From Phoronis australis (lineage: Eukaryota; Animalia; Phoronida), in assembly GCA_002633005.1 (NCBI GenBank), contig NMRA01000247.1, forward strand, positions 524,851 to 588,850: DNA of 64,000 bases, given 5' to 3'. Position 1 is the first letter of the stretch; each line of letters begins with the position of its first letter. A program made the position numbers and the translations under genes. Of this stretch, positions 12,685 to 25,613 are shown in pieces. The notes below the pieces were generated by a model. It was given only the letters and a program-made list of their open reading frames with translations, was not told the origin of the DNA and ran no database searches.

Positions 12685-15600
12685 CATCGGGATAATTCAA
12701 GGTTGAGTGCAGAGTGCAGAGTTTAGAAATAGAGCACAACATGTGTTGACATGGTCCCTCGTGTTGGAGAAGGTGGACTTGTGGGTGATGGGCTGAAATA
12801 ATGTTGCTGATTAGAAATGGAGCACCCATGGAGGTTGGGTGTTGTTTATGTTATTGAGCGAATGGACCAAGGTAGCTACAGCTGAGAGAGATGTACTGTT
12901 GATTGAAGAACAATTCTGTTTTTCGACTAGTGCTAGAATAATGTTGGTCTGTGTCACAGTGAGATCAGCAATCAACCAGCTGTGGAAATGTTAACATGAA
13001 TCTGTTTGTTTTGGAAACAACAATGTGCATAAAGAACTAGTTTTGAAAAGGTAACAGTCCTTCATTTCCATGTAAAAATCCAGTCTGTAGTGCTTATTAA
13101 TAGGATTTGTTGAAATTGGGTCTCAACATGGAGAGGCTTTGTATAGTACCAAGGGAAGAGAAGGTTAGAGTCCATGTAGTGTGAAATGAACTGGAATGCC
13201 AGAATTGGTGGCCAGTTGTGTTACTGTGTCGCTGTTTATTATGGTGATGTGAATGAAGACTAGCTTGTAAAAAGGTTGGAAAAGCTAAAGAGGAAATGCT
13301 GTTATTATGTTGGGAAATTTGACAAGTGAATGCAAGTGTAATATGAGAGCTGCAATTAGTAATGATTAAGATTGTAACACAGTGAGTGTTAAGGTATATT
13401 GAATGAGTAAGGCATTTGATGCTGTTTTGGTTAGTTATGGTAATTCTTGATCTATGGTGAACAGGTGAAATTTTATTTTTCAAATTTCTCAACAAAAATG
13501 AGAATTGTGGTATAAAATTAGCTTGGATGTCATAAAACAGCATTTAGTAAAGTTTTCATAATTTGCAACCAACCTTTTGAAAATAGAAAAATTACAATTT
13601 CAGCAATTGTTTCATGTAAAGTGCGTGGATAATTACTGTACTTAGTGAGCTGAGCATCTGCTTTCAACCATAAAGTGAGCACTATTAGAATACAGGCACA
13701 AAAGGAATCGTGTAAACCTCATAGCGCCATCTTGTGGGACATATTTGCTAAAATTTCTGCTACTGAAGATGTCTCACTTTCTACTAGAGTAGTTCAATAA
13801 CAGACCTTCATTAATACAAACTCGTCCAACAGAAAGTTCATTCATGTTTTCTATCAAGTTTATTGAATTAGGGTTAGCTTAGTTTATGCCAAGTATTCTA
13901 CCCTATTATTCTAAGTATCTGGGATGCAGAGGAATTCACTGAAAAGATTAGACTCATTTCTTATTGATTATTGGTTATAATAACGAGGACAGATCAGTAG
14001 TGTTTGAGGTATGCTTAGTACTAAATACAGTATTTGATATTTTGTTCTACACTTTGAAAAATTCACTTTGCAACAGTAAGTGGTAAGCGCTATGTTGATA
14101 GAAGTTGGACACAAGTCCAACTGCATGACTGGGTTATGAGAGATGTGTTACTCAGTAAAACTCACAAAAATCTGGTGTGCATAAGTTGTATTATTACTTA
14201 AATCTGGCAAAGTACTGCAATACCGTTGTTCGAACTCGTGAACTCAAGCCGTTGTGTAAGTCGGATTTCTCCTTACTTGGATAATATCTTTCGGTTCCAT
14301 AGGATGCACCTTACGTGAGTTTTACTTCATTTGTTGTTTTCTATATTTATTGAGACTATTATGAAAAGATCTCACAAATACATGTCTTTTACATTCAACT
14401 GTATTTTTCATAAAAATTCTTAAGTGACTTCTTGATCGACACGTAAGTCTTTTCTAACAATGCAAACATGTCACATGTCGGACTTCTAGTACCTCCTGAC
14501 GTTTGTGCACTCAACTTGGTTGTAGCTCTATAGCATGACGATACTCCAGCAGCATTCATTAATTTCACAGACAAATAATATGCAAATTTTTAGGTGCGAA
14601 TTCAAGATCATGAGTGGTGTAGCTCTACAGGGGGTACTTTAGATTCACCAATAACATAGTCAACGCAAAACATTCACCAAGTGAGGTCCTCTCTGTATCT
14701 GCCTCTTTATATCTTGTGAGCACAACTTGGAAATATTTCATGTTTGAATCTGTTATATTAAAACTGAAAAAATCTGCTCTTGTATACCGTAACATTCATA
14801 GACAAACTTAGAGGTGGCTTGGCCACCCATGACCAACCCCAGTGACAACATCCCATTCATTTTTAGACATTTTTTCCTTCAGAAATTATGGTTAGGCCCT
14901 CCCTTGGAATGGCCGAGATCGACCAGAGAATTCAACCACCAAAAACATAGCCTCATACAATGCCCTTACTCAAATATTGTCCGTAGAGGGCAAATGGACT
15001 CTACATCATAACCAGGTGTATGTTCTGCTGATGTGAGAACCACGCAAAAATGCACGATCAGGAGACACCTAGCAAGATATTCATGCATTATTAATAAAAA
15101 CGAGATTTTTCAACTTGACATGTTTCAATGTCTCAAACATCATCAGGAAAAGCAATCAAGGTCATCTAACTATCTTGACCCACAGTATGCAGTAGAGCTA
15201 TCGGCATGCATCATAGCCACAAAACATTGAATACCAGTGACACTCCGATGTGTGCTTAGCTACTCATTCAGTTCAGCCTTTAGCCAGCTGATATGAATTG
15301 ACTCACAATGCACATTCAGGAAATGCTTTAGTATTCAGGATCAAGCTGAAGCAACCAAGGAACTCAAAATCCATGAGTCAATGATACATACATCTGGAGC
15401 AGTATAGGTAGAATTACTTAATGAGTAATGTTCAACAATCGCAAATGAGACAAAAATATAACATCAAGCGCTATCTGGTAGTGTTTCAATAAAATACTTC
15501 ATTAGCAAATACTCCATGTTGCTACATGTGCAGCACTTTGACAAGATATTACATAACATGTTAAATTAGCTTTAAACGAAATTTCTGAAACTGAGGCCTA

Positions 15601-15790
15601 AAGCTATATTGAGCACTCCATTGGCACATCAAAAATGGACAACATGAAAGTGAGACAAGATAAGGAAGTGATTTGTTGAGACAAAAAATCCATTCAGACC
15701 ACAGAAAATCTATAGAAATGAGAAATGTGAAACGGAATGTCCCAATGCAATAGTCACGTAACTGAAGCAGTGCCCACGACAAGCTTTTAA

Positions 15791-18700
15791 CTAGTAGTCT
15801 GTCTGTTCTACTGGATCATCCTCTTTCATGTATTTCTCTCTGATGTTAGCTATCTTCTCATACTCAAACTCAGCTCCGACTGCACATGACATCATGGCGT
15901 TGAGACTGCGCTCTTCCAAGTCACCGAACACGTAACCGTTAGCCTTGTCCACCACTTTCATGACTCGTAACATGCTCTCTTTGTCCTGAAGGTACAATTG
16001 CGTAGATTTACATATTAAATTGTGTCCATTTACGGTTGACTTGATAGTCGAGGAAGGGAACGTAATAAGTGATTGAAGGTTGACACCAGGCAGGTTGTTA
16101 TGCAGTTTGGTTGTATATACATCTGGACTTAATACTGATTTAGCATTAATTCAGGACAGTTTACATTTGACTCCTACAGTATCCTCATTTTCACCGCAGG
16201 TATCAATGTACCTAGGAACAAATAGAATTGAAATTCTAACCTAAATTATCATTGTAGGTGACATTTCACAGATTGTTCTCTAAAACCCCACCAGCAGATG
16301 CCATTTTGATGGAAGTTTGCAAAGCTTAACAACAATAACACCTGTGGGAGCCGATGGTAACGTAATTTTAGAGAAAAATGTAATTTTTATGTTACAGTGT
16401 GTCTACAAAGAACGCTTCTTGTCTGTATGAGAAGCAGCTGCTGTACTTCTTTCCAGAATTAAGCAAAAGCGTCTATAAACAAAACGCTTGTAGAAAAACT
16501 CAGGAGCAAGATTTCAATGTAGCATTTTGTCCATTGCAAAACTAGTTTTTGGCATGTATTCAATTTGACAGTCAAGCAAACAAATTAAGGATGAAGTATC
16601 CACCAAGATATAGGCACATGGGCCTAAATATGTGAATATACAATATGAGTTCTCGATTTATATACCTGTATACTCAGAGCATCTATCAGGATATAGGAAC
16701 ATGGGCCTAAATATGTGAATATACAATTTGAGTTCTCAATTTATATACCAGTATACTCAGAGCATCTATCAGGATATAGGTGCATGGGCCTAAATATGCG
16801 GATATACAATAGCGAATATGCAAATCCGCCATCTTGAATTTGCTGCCGCAGTTGCATTATGGGAAATGTATGCTTCTATCGTTTGACAACCGATTGTATA
16901 CAGTGTTGTCGGGTGTTGTAACGAATGTTTAGCACAGAAGCAGTCAATAAAGTTATTTTATTTGAATTCTTATCCAAAAATTAATATTAAACGGATAACT
17001 AGTGCAGGAAGCATGCAACAGTTCTTTATTACAGGAATGTTGTGGAAATGAATAAAGTCAACGTTGCCGCACCCCAGCTCCGTCGACAGTGACTCCGGGG
17101 CCCGGTCTGCAATCTCCGTCAGGCTCACACTCATACTCGAGATTTCATGCTCAAAATCATGCTCACTGGAGTCGTAGGCCTACTCCAAAAAGCATATTTA
17201 ATGTCACATTTCGAGAAGACTCCAAACGCGTACTCAAATCTGAGAATCGTACTCGAGTTGCTATGGAACTCATCAGTTATGATGTGAAATGCAAAACCAC
17301 GAAAAGTCGCGCTGATTCAGCGCTCCCTATATTCGCATCGACTACCCAAGCAACTATGTTATCGTCAGCTCTCGCTACAATTACATGAGTATAAGGTGCA
17401 ATAATGAGTATTCTGTAACTGTTCAATACAATATTCTCCTGCCATTTCTTGATACATTTGCCAATTATTAAGCTTTACTTCTTGAGTTCCTTATCTCCCG
17501 CCGGAAAATGTCTCAAGAAATTTGAAACAGTTTATCAAACAAAGTCATGCAGTCGGCCGGAGCGGAGCAGCCAAAATTTCAGTGTCTGATTTAGTCGGAG
17601 GTCATTCTCCCCGGCCCACTTGACTCATTACTCCTAAAATTGGCATGGTCACACCAACGATTGACGGCGTACTGAAATTATCTTTTTCATTAATGCAGTG
17701 GTGGGCCGGTGACCCCGGTACGGGAGTCGGGTACCATATCACAGGCCTGCAACCAACATTTTTAAGGGAGTTCGAATTGCACATTTTCTTTGACGGGAGG
17801 TTGAATTTCAAAAGTTTGTACCATAATTGCCAGCAGTGGTGTTCTTTTCTAGTAAACCGGTTGTCCAAGTCAAACCGAAACTCCGAGTAGAAATTTGGGC
17901 CGCAGTTGTTTGGTTACTGGTCAACCCCTGTTCTCTCTTGCGTAGAACCCATTGCAGTGTAGGCCTATGCTGATGTCAAAACTTTGATACTGTATCTTTG
18001 CATTTTATCGGGATGTATCAAGTTAGCTGACATTTGGCGCGTGAGTTAAAAACACTACATGTAGTACACTATAGGCAGGCATTCAGAGTTCATCAGTGAA
18101 CGGGACGAGACGTCTACTCATAAATCGGCAAAAATAATCTGGAACATCATTCGGGGATTGAGAAATTATCAATAACTAAACTATTATGTGAAATCTGACA
18201 GGGAAGCAAATTGTTTTCATTAACTTTCCTTAGCAAACCGTACAAGCCGTTGCACACGCACTTCAATCATGGCAATCCCCACCCCACAACTGCTTTTGAC
18301 CCTTGTAATGACTCGTGGACATGGGATTAGCATTCGCCAGTTGCCAGGAATCGTAGTAAGAAGGACGTTAAAAATTGGCGGCAATGAAGTGCGGTGAGTA
18401 TGAAGTGTGAGTCTGAGTATGATTCTGGTCTGAAGTGTGAGTCTGAGTACGGAGATTGGAGACCGGGGCCAGGTAAACTATAAGCACATGTCTTGGATTG
18501 TACAAATTTTTAAAATTATAATTATAATGAGATAATGAGAATTTGTAACATATTTTTTCTAGTCTTAATAATTGAAAACGGCAGCTAAATATAAAAATCT
18601 CTTCTGTATAGAAACTCCCACGCTGCTGCTAGGCATACAAACTATCCCAGAATGCAACAGAGAGGAACTGGTGTGGGGAATGCGCATTGAGATTTGCACA

Positions 18701-20260
18701 TTCGCTATTACAGTTCTCAATTTATGTACCTGTTTACTCAGACCATCAATCAGAATATAGGCGCATGGGCCTAAATATACGGATATACAGCTAGAGTTCT
18801 CAATTTATATTACCTGTATATTCAGAGCCACAAAAGACACCAGACTGTAATCTTCAATGACACCCACCAGTGCTTTGTTGAGCTTTTTAAATTTCATAAA
18901 GAAAGGATCGTCCTGAAAGAATTAAAACATTAAAATCATCAATTTAACAGACGATAAAACAATGACACGTTTTCATTTAATGTAAACTTTTCAAAATGAA
19001 ATCTCAATCAACAGATAATTGTGTTCACAAACAGAAATGTTGTTAGTGCACTAAGTCAACTTACAAACAATGTGCATCATGTTCACCTGCATCAGGTGAG
19101 TCTGTGCACAGAATATTGTGCCCCCGAAAATGAGAAAGTGACTGCCATCAAGCATGGAAGACACTTCTTATTATTGGTTTGAGCAAAAAAGAACAAAAAA
19201 TGACATATAAGTGATCTCAGATGCTCTTTTGAACATTTGCAGAGTTCACCGGCTTTTCACTTCAGGTATGTCAGTTATTTCATTTTTGGCTCTTGTCAAT
19301 GAGGTTTGATGACTTAAGTTCTTGTTTAGCGACCTGGGAATTTTGCTGGGCAACATCTGGCTATTAGAGATGACATTATGCTAAGTGCCAGGCGAATGTT
19401 GATGTTATCTAAATACCCAATAACCTGTTACAAAAGATGGAAACTACAAATTGTAATCAAACTGTCACCTGCATTCTTGTGGCTTTAGATTATGGATCGA
19501 ATCTGTAACTTTCATTTTCACAAAATATTTTGAAAAACTTTGAACTAAATTGCTGTTTTTAAATAAGTAATTGTAAATTGTTTTGATCATGGTAATTGTG
19601 CACGTGTGCAAATTACAAACAAAACTGAATCAACATAATGCAAACTCAAGTCACCTGCATCTGATCCAGCAGATAAGACAGATCTAGCACGTCTGTGAAG
19701 AAGTCAATGTTGAAAGCAAGGCGCCCATAATGCTCCACCAAATCTGCCTTGGATAGTACATTGATGTGGGGCAGTGCAACCTGTAGCATGGTGGACAAGG
19801 ATGTGAGGAGGACAGAGATGAACTTGCCAACATCACTACAGTAGTGTGAGTCCACTAAATGAACAGCAGCCAGACGATAGTCTTCCTTTGTGAGTGCATT
19901 GAGAATATTTTTTACAGAACTGTGATGGGTGTAGAGTTCAACTTGACCGGGACAGTCAAAGAGCACATAAGCATCGCCATGTGGTTTAAGTTTGGCAAGC
20001 AGCCAATCCAAGTTTTTTTCCAAGTATTCCATGCAGTAGATCAGACCCCCGTTTGGACCAAGTTTCACATACTCCATGACATCAGAAAGGGTAACTAATT
20101 CTGAGACGTCGATGTCTGGCGTGTATGGGACAACGTCGTTTGCTGGGTCAAGGTTCACAATAATGACCCTACGGCCTAGACCGTGCAGGAAATCGGCCAT
20201 TCCCTTGCAATAAGTAGTTTTACCTGCACCTGGTGGTCCAATTACTACCTGCCCAAACAT
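15791..20260 (-). CDS. GPN2: GPN-loop GTPase 2, 299 aa. Exons 20260-19655, 18912-18814, 15985-15791
   Basis: Starts [18 protein letters not shown] (P-loop) and contains [20 protein letters not shown] (GPN loop), [23 protein letters not shown] and DKANGYVFG. Both introns are phase 0 with GT-AG ends. An acceptor lies 11 nt upstream of the ATG, so the longer ORF-track start is intronic. Confidence 0.96.
16811..18706. mobile_element. Non-autonomous DNA transposon with AT TSD (ISL2EU/PHIS-like)
   Basis: TIR AGCGAATATGCAAATC...GATTTGCACATTCGCT. Removing it and one AT restores a normal-length unit of the host tandem repeat. Confidence 0.75.
17098..18470. mobile_element. Nested Harbinger-group-like element with GG(G)CCCGGTCT termini
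   Basis: GGGCCCGGTCTGCAATCTCCGT...ACGGAGATTGGAGACCGGGGCC with subterminal CTCACACT/CTCATACT repeats. The termini resemble those of the MITE at 39706-40012. Confidence 0.7.
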
Positions 20261-20922
20261 TTTTCGGGTGTCTGAAACATATATAAGAGCTAATATCAAT
20301 ACATTACATACGCAATATCTCACAAAGACTTATGTGATCTTATCAACTTTACTAGACACTAGACACTTAGATGTCTGGTACGATAACAGTTCAAATGCCT
20401 TTCTTACCAATTCCATTACTAATTAGTATTAAGCAAAGGAAGCCGTTGAGGAGAAATCTCCGTTGAAGGATATTAAGATATGAATGGTCTCCTAAGGTAC
20501 CCCCTATGTACAAAATTTATCACAAAGTATGCCACCAAATTAAATACAGTAAATTAATCATTTAAAACAGATACACTTGCACTGACTGATCAACACATTC
20601 TGTCAGAGGGTAACCAACAGCAACTTCAGGAACAGCTCACGTCACAGAAATGTGGACAGTCACAACAATAGTGCACTCAAGAATCACAGGAGAACATTTC
20701 CAGCAAAGACGACTGCTCAACTGTTTGAATGTCTGTCAACCAAAATGCAATTTTTGCATGTTCATAACAAAACTGGTAATTCTTTCTGCTCGTCACCTTG
20801 TCATGAAACTCATACCAACATGCACTGAAAAAGGTGCATGAAAATCTGGGACGCAGTCAACAGTTACCTTGCCATTTACAACTATTTTAGTAAAAACAAT
20901 GTAATAAAAATTATTATCTTGA

Positions 20923-21752
20923 CATAGGCGGATTTAGGGGGGGCCCAGGGGGCCCGCCCCCCNCGGAACACGGCGCATTCGTAACGGAACTATGGCTAAG
21001 TGTAGGCTCTCCCGCGATATCCCAGGCGACTGGCAGTGGCGCTGCGCACTACGACTCCGTTTCCGTCGTCTGCTCCACTGTGCAATGGAGAAAATTTACT
21101 TCATTTTTTAAAGAAAATGGAACCTGAGTGACGATGAAAAAACAGAAGGTGCTGGTAAGATGTGAATTTTAATCGAAGCCTAAGTGAATCACTCAGAAAC
21201 TCATTAATTCTCTCTTTGTCAAGCCTTAATTTAAAACGATTTCCAAAGCAATCCCGTCATTATTGCCAACACGAAAAAAGGATTTGGTCTTTTGGGCATT
21301 TGAAGACTATTTTGAATATAACAAATTTGTTAAGAACCAATTACACAAAATATAAAACGTGTAATAAGCATTATAAAAAGAAGTAGGTTTCGCGCGCAAA
21401 CGCTGTGGACCATAAACAAGTAGGTCTCTTAGTTTCTGTTTGTTAGTGAAGTCGTGGTGGTGTAGTGGTAAAGCACGCGCGTCCTATCAGCCAGGTCGTG
21501 AGATCGAGTCTGTGAAACTCGCAATTTTTCCTGTGTGACACGCTCTCCGTTTTTTTTTCCTTTTTTTCTTGGATAATACATCAGAAATCAAGGAAAATGC
21601 TTGATTTTTAGAGGAAAAAACAGAAAAATTTCCCCCCTCCCGACCTCCCCCCTTTCGGTGCTGTGCGCATCTACAATCGTGGTTTGCGCAAATGCTTACA
21701 GCCGGAGAAAATGGTGGCCCCCCCCCCCTGTAATATCCTAGATCCGCCTCTG
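20923..21752 (+). mobile_element. Non-autonomous derivative of the hAT family found at 56.9-62.5 kb
   Basis: Termini CATAGGCGGATTTAG...CTAGATCCGCCTCTG. Internal 21085-21500 is colinear with the reverse complement of about 61690-62130 (transposase exon 1, donor GTAAGAT, TGAATCACTCAGAAACT, GTGGACCATAAACAAG). No clean 8-bp TSD. Confidence 0.75.
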
Positions 21753-22080
21753 ACATTACCACCATCCCAACTGGCCCCAATAGAGACGGTGCTCGTCTTA
21801 TAGGGCCTTCGTACCTTGGGAGCTTTTTGGTGAATTATGGCTCATACCTGTCATGTTGCTCTAAGTGCCTTTTGAATATAGTACACCTTAGAAGGTAGGT
21901 AACACATAGCTCCTTAGTTTGCTTTACAAGGGCTACAGTACTCCTCATGAGTTTTTGTACTAATCTTATCAGTCCATGTATTTCAAATGGGTTGTAGTCG
22001 AAGTACATTGACCACATAAGGTTTTCACCTCCTCATAAACACATTTTATACTAACAAGTGTCTCTTAAAAAAGCACTTAC

Positions 22081-22330
22081 TTTCTTCACCGATAATTTCT
22101 GGTTTTATATACATCCCTGATGATGACTTCGGTGAAAAATTCTAACTCCGTTTTTCTTTGGTCACCTTTAACTTTTTTACCATGCGCGATAACCACAATG
22201 ATTTTCCATTAAAGTCACGCGAGTTAGGCAACAAAAGGTGTGAGACTGAGCAAAGCACGTGACCGGGCGAACCACACTTGCAAAAAGTAGCATATTGGAC
22301 TTTTTGTTCCTCGACAGGTGCGATTTCACG
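22081..22330 (-). promoter_or_regulatory. Probable non-coding first exon and promoter region of GPN2
   Basis: Strong minus-strand donor GTAAGT at 22080, locally CpG-richer sequence upstream, and a matching acceptor at 20272-20273 ahead of the GPN2 ATG. The 5' boundary is uncertain. Confidence 0.5.
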
Positions 22331-23034
22331 TATTTTCTACAAATTGGCACCCTGTGAGGGAAGCTCAAGTGAACCGCGACAGATTTTCATGGAAATGTTC
22401 AAATTTTGCCAAGTTGAAGTGTTTCCAGAGTCATGTTAATTGTAAATCAATGAGTATATATGCATGTTTCACATGCTGTTATTCACTGCATTTTGAGACA
22501 AGCAACAATTTACAGGGGAAAGTGGCATCCACAGGCAATGTAATTGCCCACTTAAAGGAAAACGTTGATGTCTTTAACTGTTCCAAGCTAAAACAATCCA
22601 AATACTCCCGCAATCACACTTTTTTGAACAGTCCTTTGTTCGTTGCCCAAATCGGCAACTGGCCAATTTAATACTGCTCGTGCCAGGAGATATGATGTTG
22701 TATCTCTTGGACTCAGAAGTGCAACAATAATGGTGGTCCTACTGTCTCAGTCTGACTCCGGCTTTTGAAACAAAGAAGTTTGAAATTGGCTTTTAAAATA
22801 ACAGTACATTCTTTATGTCGAATTCGAGTCACTAACTAGGTGCAACGAAAACTTTTAGTGCAAATATGTTTATTCTTGACTACCAATTTAAACATTCAAA
22901 ATGTGTTGATTTAGTAAAAAAATATATTCTCTTTACCAAAATACTCATCATACCTCGAATGGTGTGTCGACAAATATTGTTATTATATTTATTATTACTT
23001 ATTTTTCCATAATTCTCATGTGATTGATTGTATA

Positions 23035-25613
23035 ACCGGTTCCCGATTTTGGGAACACAACGAAGGATTGCTCGAAGAAAAAGTTTGATAACTGGAGTAT
23101 TTGTTTGTTCTCCTAATGTGTCCCTCTATGTGCAACGTGACTTTGATGTTTAAATCAGTGCGAGGCACAATTCGCCGAAAAGTTTCCGACCAGCTAGTAG
23201 TCACTGTCTATATAGTAACACTCTAGACAGTGTCCACCGTCTCTAGCTGACTACAGACGGTGTAGCGCCTGTAGGTTCATACGCTGGAAGCTTTTCGGCG
23301 AATTATGCCTCAGACTGACTAAAACATTAAAGTCCCGTTGTTATAAGTAGTTTGAACATAAAGGGACACCTTAGGGGGCTGTCGATGCATTTAATTCCTT
23401 CCAGCTCAAAGAAATACTCCCATTATCAAACTTTTTCTTCTAGCAGTCCCTTGTTTAGTCCCCAAAATCAGTAACTCGCCATTTTTAACACAACGCAAGA
23501 AAGGTGGTATGATGTCATATCTCTTGGTGTGTGCAGTGTAAAAATTGTGAGTTACCGATTTTGGCTGGCATTGAGACAGCCATTTTTAAAAAAATGACGG
23601 CTTGGACGGCATGGCTAAGACAGAAAAAAGACGGCCTTTTTCAAGACAACCTCGGCGTAAATGACGCTTGAATGAAGAATTTTAGCATTTATGATTAATA
23701 AATTTTATTGAAACCTACAATCCATTGTTTTAGTTTGATAAACATTCAGAAATAACTCAACATTACAGACTACTGTGATCAATTTTTACTGCATCAGCAA
23801 GTACTGGGAGCCATGGTTTTGGGGTAATACCTTACTGTTCTGTGACGTCATGGTGACCTCATACGGAATCCCCCATGTGGCGAGTGTGAAGAAATATTGC
23901 ATCCAGCGCTAACTAACCCGCACATGGACACTTAATCTTTGAAACTGAAGTACACAAATCTGAAGTTCAAAAGATTTGCCGTACTCTTAATGCTAATTGC
24001 CGACGCTGAAGTTGAACTCTCAACGTGTATTCGACAGAGCAGCCAATTTGAAATAGTACATGATGAAAAAATGAAACCCACTGACTAACCTGCTGTACAA
24101 ATGCCACCAATGTTACTGAACATGCAAACCAGATAAAACTTAGCGCAAACTTCCTTAATTTGTTCGCACTGTTCCGAATGAATGAATGAAAAATCCACCA
24201 GGGCCGAATGGCGGCTACTGATGCGCGAGGACGAGGCGCAAACTTCATGAGAAAAAGCAAAATGTTTCGTCTAATGTTGGTTACGTATTCAATGATTAAC
24301 TTAGCAGGAAAGTAAAAGCCTCGAAATACTTCAACTTTTTGCGGAATTCCATGATTATTGGGCGTTTTGAGTTTGCTGCGTTTTGCACTGTTTGCCATAT
24401 ATGAAAATGGAGGTCACCCACTGAACCAGGATGGTATTTGGCTCTTAAAACTGCTAGTATATGGTTCTTCTTTCGAATAAATGTATTGTAGCATAGTAGG
24501 AAATACTGTGATGACTTTGGACCAGGTAAGTGCCAATTTCAACAAGGCGTCCGTTTATAATGAACTGCAGAAGACGCTAACAACCACGATGTCTCTGGTG
24601 ACCACTGGCGACACTCGTAGCCAAACTCCAGGCGACTCCAATTTGTGAGTTAAGCGCTCAGAAAAACGATTGGAAAATGTAAAAATAAGAGCGCCAAATT
24701 CAAACATGATATTTTTTGCTAGTCATCTTATACGAGGCCAAGTCCGGGTACACAAGCGCGAGTGCAAATATGCCGTCACTCCTATTTTCGAGTGGAGATT
24801 TTCTCCTGTGTCGTGCACTAGTGGGCACGAGTTGCAAATTTGTTGAGAATATTTGTTCACTGTAGACTTGTGAATTGCAATACTGTGTGATGTATTCAAA
24901 TGTAGGTGCATGTACTCAAGGATATATTTCTCCATGTCCTTTCAAATGCGACTTCATTGTTTCTCATCAGTTTAAATTTTCTTCCTTAACTGCATTAAAG
25001 TAACACACTTCTTTTATGAGAGCTTCAAGATACATTGAGTTCTGAAGTCATGCTGTGGATTATCTGTCTAAAGTGCAACTCTACAGATTATCTTACAAAA
25101 AGAATTACAGATTTTGATTTTTTCAGTCTGGTGACAATGCACACATCCTGAATGGAATAAACCTTTTGATGTTTGTTTAGTTTCATTCTTTGTCGTCCTT
25201 TGAACAAGAATAAAACATGTAAACCCTTTTAATATAAATTACAATTTTTCCCTCAGCAAGAGGGGGAAACCCCCGCCCCCTGACCTCCGCCTTGACACGT
25301 CATTCTCACAAATTTGGACCCCATTTTTTCAAATCCTAGATGAGTCCCTGGTGCTCAAAGAAAAAGTTTGATAACCGAACTGTTTTTTCAAGAAGGAAGG
25401 ATTAAGTACATTGACTACCTCTTGAGCTGAGGTGTCCCTGCGCAAAAGGTATATTTATAACAACGTGACTTTGATGTTTTAGTCAACTTGAATGTGAGGC
25501 ATAATTCACCAAAAAGCTTCCAGCGTATGAAACTCCTATAGGAGCTCCACCATCTCTACTGGGCCAGTAACAGACAGTGATCACTGTCTACTGGAGACGG
25601 AGGTCACTGTCTA
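23035..25613. mobile_element. Element with about 250-bp inverted ends (TAGACAGTG termini, 23224-25613) plus an adjacent inverted copy of one end (23035-23210)
   Basis: 23224-23478 is the reverse complement of both about 25350-25613 and 23035-23210 (shared AGAAAAAGTTTGATAAC, CAACGTGACTTTGATGTTT, GAGGCA(C/T)AATTC(G/A)CC). TAG termini are compatible with Academ; no TSD seen. Confidence 0.6.

Larger units (their letters stand above)
16606..18828. repeat. About 83-bp tandem repeat overlapping the GPN2 exon-2 donor, split into 16606-16810 and 18707-18828 by a transposon
   Basis: Unit GATATAGG..CATGGGCCTAAATAT..ATATACA..GAGTTCTCAATTTATATACCTGTATACTCAGAGC, about 4 copies. The last copy includes the exon end and donor at 18813. 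Confidence 0.85.

Noticed and set aside
20261-20323. Hydrophobic N-terminal extension on GPN2 suggested by the ORF track
   Set aside because: Non-ATG start that runs through the splice acceptor at 20272-20273; GPN2 homology begins at MFGQ.
21451-21525. Functional tRNA gene
   Set aside because: No intact cloverleaf or acceptor stem; treated as a tRNA-derived module within a transposon.
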